Positions 6,855 to 14,846 of a stretch of 27,623 bases of DNA are shown here, piece by piece. The notes under the pieces were generated by a model. That model did no database searches. It had not been told where the DNA came from and saw only the letters and a list, made by a program, of their open reading frames with translations. The position numbers were made by a program, and so were the translations under genes. Position 1 is the stretch's first letter, and each line of letters opens with the position of its first letter. The stretch is from a virus (lineage: Duplodnaviria; Caudoviricetes), in IMG/VR virus record IMGVR_UViG_3300047403_000068, positions 1 to 27,623 of that record, one strand, 5' to 3'.

Positions 6855-8152
6855 TGATCAACTATACAACAATCGCTCCCCCTGGAACATTCATTCATTC
6901 CTACATGGAGCTATCATCAACACAGGAGACACCATATGCCTACGATTTCTTCTCTGGACTTTGGCTTATCTCTACTATTGTTGGTCGCCGCATCACAATT
7001 AATCGACCTCGTGCACCTGTGTACCTTAACCTTTACGCCATACTTGTTGCGGAGAGTGGTATTACTCGGAAGTCTACGAGCGTACGCCATGCTGTACATC
7101 TACTACGTTCTCTCCTTTCCGATAGATCAATAGAGGACAGCATTGCACTTGTTGAAACGAAACTCACCACCGGCAAACTAATGGATTGGCTCAATGTCCA
7201 AACAACAAAAGTCAATCACGCTCAAGCTGCACTCGCAATATCAGAACTCGCAAGTGTGTTGGGACGCGGTTCGAGTGTCCGTGACATGCCAGTTTTGCTT
7301 ACAGACCTCTACGACTGTCCTGAAACAAGACGCGGCGGAGGAAACCTTACAACTACGGTGGAATACCGCAAAGTGTACGTTACCTTCTTGTCCGCATCGA
7401 CGCCTAGCTGGCTCATCCGTGCAGTCAACCCAGACGTGATCGAAGGGGGCTTTACTTCACGTTGTCTACTAATCGTATCAGAGAAACCAAAGCGACAAAT
7501 TGCATGGCCAGAAGAAAGGAACGACAATGAACGAGAGAGAATTGCTAAGGACAAACTTGGTGAAATACTCGACAGCACACAAGAGAGAAGTTGCGTGCAT
7601 ATCGACGAAGGAGCACTTGCTATCTTTTCCAAGTGGTATGCCACAAGAAAACAAGGACGAGATATCTTTCGTGCTTCGTTTGCTGCACGCGAGGACAGCC
7701 ACGTTTTACGCATCGCAGGGTTATTGGCCATTAATGGTAACACCTGGACTATTTCTAGTCAGCACATCCGTACGGCTATCGCAATCGTGGATGATACGAA
7801 AGAAAAAGCAGCGGAGCTTTTATCTTTCGGAGCAGGAATCCTCCCGGACAGTTATCGAAATGCTGAAAGAATCAAATCAGCACTCATTGAAGCTGGTGCG
7901 GCGGGGGTAGGACAGTCTGCATTGTACACAAAAGTACGTACAAAGAACGTCAACGATATGCTTGACATTCTTCGCATCATGCATGAGTTGAACATGGTGC
8001 AACGATTCGATGTACCGACTATTGGCGGTGGTCCAACGAAAACACTCTGGCGTGGTACAAAGCTATTGAATGCGGACAATCTAAACGAGCTACTTCGTTC
8101 TCGAATCGATCCTGAAACTGTAGGAGGATTAGACAATGCCAATGCAAGTTGA
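6851..8152 (+). CDS. DUF3987/YfjI-family P-loop protein (putative replicative helicase), possible C-terminal winged helix
   Basis: NLYAILVAESGITRKSTS Walker A variant, AISEL Walker B, LLTDLYD, SASTPSW, GGFTSR arginine-finger region. Confidence 0.75.
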   Translation: MMINYTTIAPPGTFIHSYMELSSTQETPYAYDFFSGLWLISTIVGRRITINRPRAPVYLNLYAILVAESGITRKSTSVRHAVHLLRSLLSDRSIEDSIALVETKLTTGKLMDWLNVQTTKVNHAQAALAISELASVLGRGSSVRDMPVLLTDLYDCPETRRGGGNLTTTVEYRKVYVTFLSASTPSWLIRAVNPDVIEGGFTSRCLLIVSEKPKRQIAWPEERNDNERERIAKDKLGEILDSTQERSCVHIDEGALAIFSKWYATRKQGRDIFRASFAAREDSHVLRIAGLLAINGNTWTISSQHIRTAIAIVDDTKEKAAELLSFGAGILPDSYRNAERIKSALIEAGAAGVGQSALYTKVRTKNVNDMLDILRIMHELNMVQRFDVPTIGGGPTKTLWRGTKLLNADNLNELLRSRIDPETVGGLDNANAS

Positions 8153-8606
8153 TCCAATCGTACTGGAAATGACTGTCAAATCATTAGAGATTGATGAAGG
8201 GTACACATCTTGTGTGATACTAGACAGCAGAGGATTTTTCACAGTAGGACACGGTATCTTGGTTGATTCTCGTGTTCCTGGCTGTGAAGGTATCCCTTAT
8301 GATCTGTCACTTGAAATCATGCGGCGCAAAGCAGCAGCAGTTTATAATCATCTTGCTGTGAATTTACCATTTTGGTTCAATCTATCTACACAGCAACGAA
8401 GTGTGCTTGTAAACATGGGATACCAACTTGGTACATCTGGTCTACTTGCATTCAAGAAGATGCTTGCTGCATTAGAAAAAGGTGATCTACAGACAGTTGT
8501 AGCAGAAATGCGCGACTCGGCTTGGCATCGTCAGACACCAAACCGAGCCGAGAAGATGATCAAACTAATGCAACAAAGCACTAATTCTGTTCAACAAAAT
8601 CGCTGA
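8136..8606 (+). CDS. endolysin, GH24 T4-lysozyme-like muramidase
   Basis: E-x8-D-x5-T triad (DEGYTSCVILDSRGFFT) and SAWHRQTPNRA, matching T4 lysozyme SRWYNQTPNRA; SD AGGAGG 8122-8127. Confidence 0.92.
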   Translation: MPMQVDPIVLEMTVKSLEIDEGYTSCVILDSRGFFTVGHGILVDSRVPGCEGIPYDLSLEIMRRKAAAVYNHLAVNLPFWFNLSTQQRSVLVNMGYQLGTSGLLAFKKMLAALEKGDLQTVVAEMRDSAWHRQTPNRAEKMIKLMQQSTNSVQQNR

Positions 8607-8715
8607 TCTTCTTCCAGATCATACGGAAGAATGCTCTACCAAAGATTGATCCAGCGACAAACCCGGTAGCAGCAGCAACGATTACAGCAACAGACATTCC
8701 CAAGAACTCACCCAT
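8581..8715 (-). CDS. 44-aa single-TM membrane peptide (lysis accessory?)
   Basis: MGEFLGMSVAVIVAAATGFVAGSIFGRAFFRMIWKKISDFVEQN; SD AGGAG 8728-8724, 8 nt before ATG 8715, overlapping the holin stop. Confidence 0.6.
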   Translation of the reverse strand: MGEFLGMSVAVIVAAATGFVAGSIFGRAFFRMIWKKISDFVEQN

Positions 8716-8726
8716 GACTGTTTCTC

Positions 8727-9131
8727 CTATTTGATTGACTGCGTTGCAACACCCTTCAACTTCTCCCATGAACGCAAACCGCCCATGCCGAGCATTCCCA
8801 CCATCAACTCCCATAGATGATCGTCCAATGTCGGTGGCTTTGGAATCGGGTGTCCAACAAGAAAGCCGATCCACAACCCGACTGGCACAACCAAATACTG
8901 AAATGCCAATGCAGCACCACAACACCAACCGATAAACGGACGCCAGCCACCAATGAACACACTCCCTGTAGCTGCTTCCGCTTTGTTCACTTCAATCTGA
9001 CTTGTATCAACCTGCAACAGCGTATTCAACAAGTCCTGTTGCGCTTTCGCTCTTGCTTGCGGATCAGGAATGAACTTCTCTAGTACAGTCCCGATCAACG
9101 GCAAGATCAACGGTAACAACGCTGCGATCAC
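8727..9131 (-). CDS. holin, 3TM/GTA-holin (DUF3154-like) family
   Basis: EKFIPDP..AKA, QIEVNKAEA..GS.F.GGWRPFIGWCCG, MLGMGGLRSWEK signature; GTG start with purine-rich SD. Confidence 0.85.
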   Translation of the reverse strand: MIAALLPLILPLIGTVLEKFIPDPQARAKAQQDLLNTLLQVDTSQIEVNKAEAATGSVFIGGWRPFIGWCCGAALAFQYLVVPVGLWIGFLVGHPIPKPPTLDDHLWELMVGMLGMGGLRSWEKLKGVATQSIK

Positions 9132-9146
9132 TTTCCACCTTCCTTT

Positions 9147-12100
9147 CTACTTCTTGTACTTTGTAAGTACCTGTTCCAATTTCAAATCCGGTTGTCCAAT
9201 CGAATGTCCTGCGCCTAGTTCAAGCGATTGTAACAACTGCAACATGCGTCTCTGCTCGTTAAGTATACCATTCTCACCTAGTACAATGTTATCCCGTAGA
9301 CGCTCTCTATCATTCACATGCACAGTGCTACCTTCAATATCCCGCAACTGTGCTTGTAGCCCATTAATCCTCTGTTGAAAACCTTGTATCACCTTTTGTC
9401 TTGTTGGTTGTAGCATGTACTGTGCTATATACAACAACTCAGGTGACACTCCTTCTGTTCTATCAGCAGCCCCAAACGGAGTAGCTGCTCCTGATCGAAC
9501 AGACGAGAACTCTCCACCTGTTTTCTCTATAGGCACAATCTTCCGCATTTCTTCTATCGCATTCATCTTCTCTCGTATCAATGCAGCGGTAGCATTGCTC
9601 GTTGTGATACGTGTAGGCAATCCCCACAATCCAGTCATACGCAATTCACGTTGCTGCATTGGAACAGCCGCGCGTTCCACTCCCTTCTGCATTTGCTCAG
9701 ACAATGGCAAGCCTTCACGTGACGCTGCACTCCATCCACGTAGCGTATCTACAAACAACTGCGAACCTGTACCGACTAGCGCATCTAATGCAGCTACAGC
9801 CGATGCCGGAATCGGGTCGTTTTCCCTTGCCATTGGGCTCCCAGGCGTCGTTGGATCAACCCCTAGGGGAACCAGCCCACCCTGGCTCAGATCGTACCTG
9901 TAGCCCATTGCAGCAAGCCCAGCCCCCTGTATAGGACCGACCGGCACCCCTCGACCCACAGCACTCAAAGCGGCATGTCCCGCCCCGGTCCATATCTCAC
10001 GCCACTCAACCGGACCCATCAGGTTCAACGCATCACGCCAACCACGGCTGAGAGGATCATTGCTATCCCACAACTCTCCGCTCTTTGCACCAGACACAGC
10101 AAGTACACTTTCAATAACAGCACTCCACGCTGGTTGCAAATTCGGATCAATGTCGAATACAACAGGACCATTCTTACCAGGAAGCAATACACCACGCGCA
10201 CGTTGATCTGGTGTCCACCATTGCGTGTATTCTTCTCGAAACTCAGGATGTGTTAACAGTGTGATCATTGTAATACCAATGCCACTGCTTAACAGACCAC
10301 CAACAACAGCAGCAGCCCGCGTAGGATCGCGTTGAATAGCGTCATACGTGGACTTCAATGACTGCACACTTACATTCCAGAAGGGAACAGCACTTCGTAT
10401 TCCAGGTGCTGTACCTTTTCTATGTGGATCAAACACGAGAGCGTTTGCATCAGCAATAGCACGGTCCATCTGTGCGGTGTTCATACCAGAGCCGACATTC
10501 TGTGAAGCTACATGCAAGCGTACTGATCCTTGCAGTGCTTCATGTAGCCATCGAGCTTCATCATAGACCATCTTAGTCCACAACGAAAAGCCACCAAGCA
10601 CACTTGGATCAGACAACTCGTTAAACTGTCTGCCATATCGTCCGAGAATGCTATAGATGTTCTGATAGTTGAATACAGGAGTGAACGATCCGCCTACAGA
10701 CCCACCATGTTGAGTAAACTTCGCGACTGTACTATTCGCATATGCCTTCGCCATGTAATCAGCGATGCTCTGTGCAGCATTCGGACCAAATACAGCATCC
10801 AATGCACGAGCAGTACGCTGATTTGCCATCACAGAAGATGCAAGAGACTGTGAAAGCTGCGAAGTTACCTCCGCGTACGCAGCACGAGCAACTCCACTTG
10901 GGATAGACAATGCAGCATCAGCAAGATTGAACCGTGTTCCTTCTGCTTTTGTTAGCAATCCAAGTGTCAGATCATATTTCAAGCTCGCAAGTGTCTGTAA
11001 CGGCAAGCCCGTCAACGCAGTTGCTACAGCATCGTATCCAAACCCTGCGGTTAGTGTAGAAAACGATCGCCGCACTGTATCTAACACACGATACGCTTTC
11101 AACGGAGCAAATTCCAAGGCAACTCTAAGCACAGGATCAGTGACTTCCCAATATTCATGCTGTCCATTACGAGATATCATCAATGCATTATCAGTTGCGG
11201 CTACACCACGCTTGAATACATCTGGATACTGAGCAGACAACGTATCTACAACTGATCTACGCAGTGCATTTGTTTCAGATAGACGAATTGCCTGAGCAAC
11301 AGACACCATCATTGCAGTAGGAGCATCGACTAGTTGCTCCATTGGCAATGCAACGTTTGTACGCTGCATCAATTGCTGAATTGCAAACAATCCATCTGGC
11401 ATGTCTTGGTTCAATGCACGTTCAATGGACAAACCAAGTCCAGCAAAGCCTGTCTCTTTCTTTTGTGCCGCAATGTTCGGTACATACTCTGACTGAGCAA
11501 CAGAAAGGCGTGCAAATTCCTGTCGAGTGATCAATCCACGATCATAGACGTACGATAGAACAGATCGCATGATCTGATGATACCGTTCCATCATACCAGC
11601 AACAACAGGATCAGCCTTTGCACGGGCAACAAGCATCTGCGGGTGTGAGATCGGCATTGGATTACCAGCCGGATCAAGGAACTTCGTAGGTAGTCCATTC
11701 GCCCAGCGGTTCAAATCATCCGCAGCATGTAATCCATCGTTCAACAAACGCATCTGCTGCTCACTTAGCTTAGAAAACGCTCTAAGCCAAGTTGCAGGAG
11801 CCGTGCCAGATACAACAGTGCTATTCGGGAACACACCAGTTAGCATTGTATTCTGTGTTCTAGCAATCTGTGATCCAGCCGTGGCTGTACTGTCCAATGC
11901 AGCAAGTGTTTCCTTAGCTGCCGGTGTGTTAACATTCTTCAATGCACGTCGAATGGGCTCATCACGGTCAACAGCAGCAGAGAGTACGGCATCTGTTGTG
12001 CTGGTAATACGTGGCTTCGTTTCTGGAGCTAATCCAAGAACATTCATCATTCTCTGTCCACGTCCTCGTGATGCAAGAGCAATTCCTACAAGACCTGCTC

Positions 12101-13031
12101 CAGCAACAGACTGTAACAGATAATCATCGATGTGTGAATTAACGTCACCCCCGTTGCTGCCAGCGTCCAAAGCAACAACGGGGAGTGACGGCACTGACCG
12201 CTCAGGAGAAGGAGACTGAGCTATCTGTGCGGTAGACGGTGTTTGCTTTTCGTGTATTGCATCTGCAATAGCATTTGTTGCTTCTACCATTGCAGTTGGA
12301 ATAGCAATATTCGCTGCAAGAGGAAATACTGATGTTCCATTAACGTGTGTTCCAGGCGTCAAGAAGTCAACAATGTTCCCAAGTACCTTTCCTGCTTTGC
12401 TTGCTGCACGACTAACTGCACTTCCTGGCAATGGGATAACAGCACCACCTGCAAAGTCATTCAGGTTGTCAACGATGCTGTAATCTTCTTGCTTCTTTCC
12501 AACAAAATCAGCAATCTGAGCATTCGTTTTGTCAAGTTGTGTCTGCATGTATTCACTTCCAGGCAATCCAGTACGCGCGTACAGCCACGCAGGAAACTGT
12601 GTTGCGTGAATAATGCCACCACCAAACACTTTGAATGGATCAACCAAGTCTTTTATTGTCGGCGCTTTGATCAACTGCCCACTTGGCTCTGGCTGTTCTC
12701 CTGTCAAATCTGGTGGCGTCCAGTTCTTTCCAAGATCAATTGATTCACTATCTTCCTTTGCTGCTTTAACTACGTTAGTATCAACAGCAATAGAACCGTC
12801 ATGCATGATCCCTGCATCGGGAACATGCTCTATGGCATTTTCAACATCCTTCGGTTCACGAAGCACACCGACTACGTAAGTCTTGCCGTCAGTTGCATCA
12901 TCCGCGTAGATATCCCCGTACTCATTTCCAGACATACGGAAATTCGACAGCGAAGGAGTGTATTTCTTCTTTTCTGCTTCCGCTTCTTCTACGGAATCAT
13001 ACAACTTTGGCCCGATGTTAATCCGTTCCAT
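9147..13031 (-). CDS. large internal virion / DNA ejection protein with C-terminal LPD38-like region
   Basis: 1294 aa, last of the internal-protein block; FDPHRKG..IRSAVPFWNVSVQS..IQRDP + hydrophobic helix + EEYTQW resembles LPD38. Confidence 0.65.
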   Translation of the reverse strand: MERINIGPKLYDSVEEAEAEKKKYTPSLSNFRMSGNEYGDIYADDATDGKTYVVGVLREPKDVENAIEHVPDAGIMHDGSIAVDTNVVKAAKEDSESIDLGKNWTPPDLTGEQPEPSGQLIKAPTIKDLVDPFKVFGGGIIHATQFPAWLYARTGLPGSEYMQTQLDKTNAQIADFVGKKQEDYSIVDNLNDFAGGAVIPLPGSAVSRAASKAGKVLGNIVDFLTPGTHVNGTSVFPLAANIAIPTAMVEATNAIADAIHEKQTPSTAQIAQSPSPERSVPSLPVVALDAGSNGGDVNSHIDDYLLQSVAGAGLVGIALASRGRGQRMMNVLGLAPETKPRITSTTDAVLSAAVDRDEPIRRALKNVNTPAAKETLAALDSTATAGSQIARTQNTMLTGVFPNSTVVSGTAPATWLRAFSKLSEQQMRLLNDGLHAADDLNRWANGLPTKFLDPAGNPMPISHPQMLVARAKADPVVAGMMERYHQIMRSVLSYVYDRGLITRQEFARLSVAQSEYVPNIAAQKKETGFAGLGLSIERALNQDMPDGLFAIQQLMQRTNVALPMEQLVDAPTAMMVSVAQAIRLSETNALRRSVVDTLSAQYPDVFKRGVAATDNALMISRNGQHEYWEVTDPVLRVALEFAPLKAYRVLDTVRRSFSTLTAGFGYDAVATALTGLPLQTLASLKYDLTLGLLTKAEGTRFNLADAALSIPSGVARAAYAEVTSQLSQSLASSVMANQRTARALDAVFGPNAAQSIADYMAKAYANSTVAKFTQHGGSVGGSFTPVFNYQNIYSILGRYGRQFNELSDPSVLGGFSLWTKMVYDEARWLHEALQGSVRLHVASQNVGSGMNTAQMDRAIADANALVFDPHRKGTAPGIRSAVPFWNVSVQSLKSTYDAIQRDPTRAAAVVGGLLSSGIGITMITLLTHPEFREEYTQWWTPDQRARGVLLPGKNGPVVFDIDPNLQPAWSAVIESVLAVSGAKSGELWDSNDPLSRGWRDALNLMGPVEWREIWTGAGHAALSAVGRGVPVGPIQGAGLAAMGYRYDLSQGGLVPLGVDPTTPGSPMARENDPIPASAVAALDALVGTGSQLFVDTLRGWSAASREGLPLSEQMQKGVERAAVPMQQRELRMTGLWGLPTRITTSNATAALIREKMNAIEEMRKIVPIEKTGGEFSSVRSGAATPFGAADRTEGVSPELLYIAQYMLQPTRQKVIQGFQQRINGLQAQLRDIEGSTVHVNDRERLRDNIVLGENGILNEQRRMLQLLQSLELGAGHSIGQPDLKLEQVLTKYKK

Positions 13032-13040
13032 TGGGCATCT

Positions 13041-14081
13041 CTATTTATTTGCGCCGAGTTGATTGAAGAACATGCGATTTGTCTTTGGGAAGATAGTTGC
13101 ATTGTACACAGTAGTATCTCCACGTTTCTCTGACTGCGTGACAATATACTGCCGTGTCAATGAACCATCACTCTGCTTGATCCATCGGCTGCCTTCAACG
13201 GGTGCAATTGTCCTAGCACCAGGATGCTGTCCTGCCATCCAATTCATAGCAGCCTTGTCGCTGTCATTCGCTGCACCGATGAATTGTGGAGGGGTACTAG
13301 CTGGAGCACGTGCTTGTGTCTGCGTCTGCGTCTGCGTCTGCTGCTGCCTCTGTGAACTCTGTTGCACTGCCGGGCCAGTATCCTCCGCTGTATCCCTGCG
13401 ATTTGCAGGTGAAACATTTACACCACTTGTATCAATTTGATCAGGGATCAACTTTGCGCCAAATATCCTATGCATATTCGCCGCAGCTTCGCGCAAACGA
13501 TTCGGATCAGTTGACGTGACTTCTATACCAGCGTTGTCAACGTTAGTCCCTGTGACCTTATACTTTGGTGCCCCTTCATCCCGCTGTCTCTGAATACTGA
13601 GCGGAGTCGTGCGCCCAAATACACTACGAGCAATATCATTAATAGAACCTGCACCCGCAGACGGAGCATACCCACCCTCCAATGCTGAATGAACCCCTGC
13701 ACCAAACTTCTGTAATGTTCCAGCAGCAAGATCATCTTTGTGTCTAGCCGCAGCCGCATCGAACACTCCTTTCAATTCTGGAACGTATGTAGATAGTGCT
13801 TCTGCCGCATCAGGATGTGCTTGAGAAAACTCAAACACTTTCTTCATCAATTCCTTGTTTGCCTCGTTCTGCATTGCAGCAGTATCATATGCACTTGCGC
13901 GATCATTATACGCATTCAGTGCATCAAGATACTGTTGCCGCCGTCGATCTGCTCGTTCAGATGCCAGCGTGGAAAATAGATACCGCCCACGAGGAGCATA
14001 CGCCTGTCCACGTGCAAACTGTGTCTCTGCACTGTCCGCATCAAACAATGCTTGCTGCGGTTCTTTCATTGCTGTAGCCAT
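13041..14081 (-). CDS. putative internal virion / ejection protein (346 aa)
   Basis: Position between the pilot-like and large ejection proteins; Ala/Gln-rich helical N-half, Q/T linker. Confidence 0.6.
   Translation of the reverse strand: MATAMKEPQQALFDADSAETQFARGQAYAPRGRYLFSTLASERADRRRQQYLDALNAYNDRASAYDTAAMQNEANKELMKKVFEFSQAHPDAAEALSTYVPELKGVFDAAAARHKDDLAAGTLQKFGAGVHSALEGGYAPSAGAGSINDIARSVFGRTTPLSIQRQRDEGAPKYKVTGTNVDNAGIEVTSTDPNRLREAAANMHRIFGAKLIPDQIDTSGVNVSPANRRDTAEDTGPAVQQSSQRQQQTQTQTQTQARAPASTPPQFIGAANDSDKAAMNWMAGQHPGARTIAPVEGSRWIKQSDGSLTRQYIVTQSEKRGDTTVYNATIFPKTNRMFFNQLGANK
13315..13347. repeat. hexamer microsatellite (TGCGTC)3 plus variant copy and CTG run, encoding QQQTQTQTQTQ
   Basis: tgtgtc tgcgtc tgcgtc tgcgtc tgctgctgc. 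Confidence 0.7.
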
Positions 14082-14093
14082 TGCATTAACCCC

Positions 14094-14846
14094 TTAGAAG
14101 AAGCCAATGATGCCATCAATAAGACCACCGAGAACATCACCAAAGCCTGAGCCTGACTGACCACTTGCCTGTGCAGATGCAGCTTTGATTTGATTAGCTC
14201 CACCGTACGCAGAGTTAATCCCTTGATACTGGCCAGCAAGGCTAGTATTCTTGAGATTATTCTCGAAGCCAAGCGAAGCAGTATCACCACCAAGACGGGC
14301 ACGTTGCAGAGCACTACGCAAACCACCAGCAGTCTGCAAGTCTTGATTAGCAGAATTTCGCCAATCAAGATTGATCTTATTCCCAGTAGTCAATGCGTTA
14401 ATACGAGCATCACGTTCCGCCTGTGCAGTGTCCTTTGCTCGTCTCTGTGCCAATGCTGCAAGCGTGCTCCCTGCATCTGTACCAGTACGCAATGCTTGCA
14501 TAGTAACAGCATTAGTAATCGGATCATAAGCATCTGACATACTAGAACGTGCTGTCTGCATGAAATCAGCAAGCAACGCGTTTGGATCAATCTTATCTGG
14601 TCCATTAAACCTGCTAACAGCAGTATTATACACAGAATCCGTCTCTGGAAGGATCGAGTTCATTATCGACTCGAACTTCGTTAGATACGGATTATCTTTC
14701 AGGAACGTTTCATTTGCTTTCGTAACTTCGCCAGTCTTTTTCAACTGTCCACTAATGTCTGCCGAGTTACCACTGCCACTTGGACTGATACCAAAGATAT
14801 CATCCAATACGTCAAAGATACCGCCAATAACGCCGCCTGTACTCAT
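14094..14846 (-). CDS. putative pilot / DNA-transfer (ejection) protein (250 aa)
   Basis: Gly-rich amphipathic termini (GGVIGGIFDVLDDIFG; GFGDVLGGLIDGIIGFF) around a helical core, as in small podovirus ejection proteins; TAATG coupling to the upstream gene. Confidence 0.6.
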   Translation of the reverse strand: MSTGGVIGGIFDVLDDIFGISPSGSGNSADISGQLKKTGEVTKANETFLKDNPYLTKFESIMNSILPETDSVYNTAVSRFNGPDKIDPNALLADFMQTARSSMSDAYDPITNAVTMQALRTGTDAGSTLAALAQRRAKDTAQAERDARINALTTGNKINLDWRNSANQDLQTAGGLRSALQRARLGGDTASLGFENNLKNTSLAGQYQGINSAYGGANQIKAASAQASGQSGSGFGDVLGGLIDGIIGFF

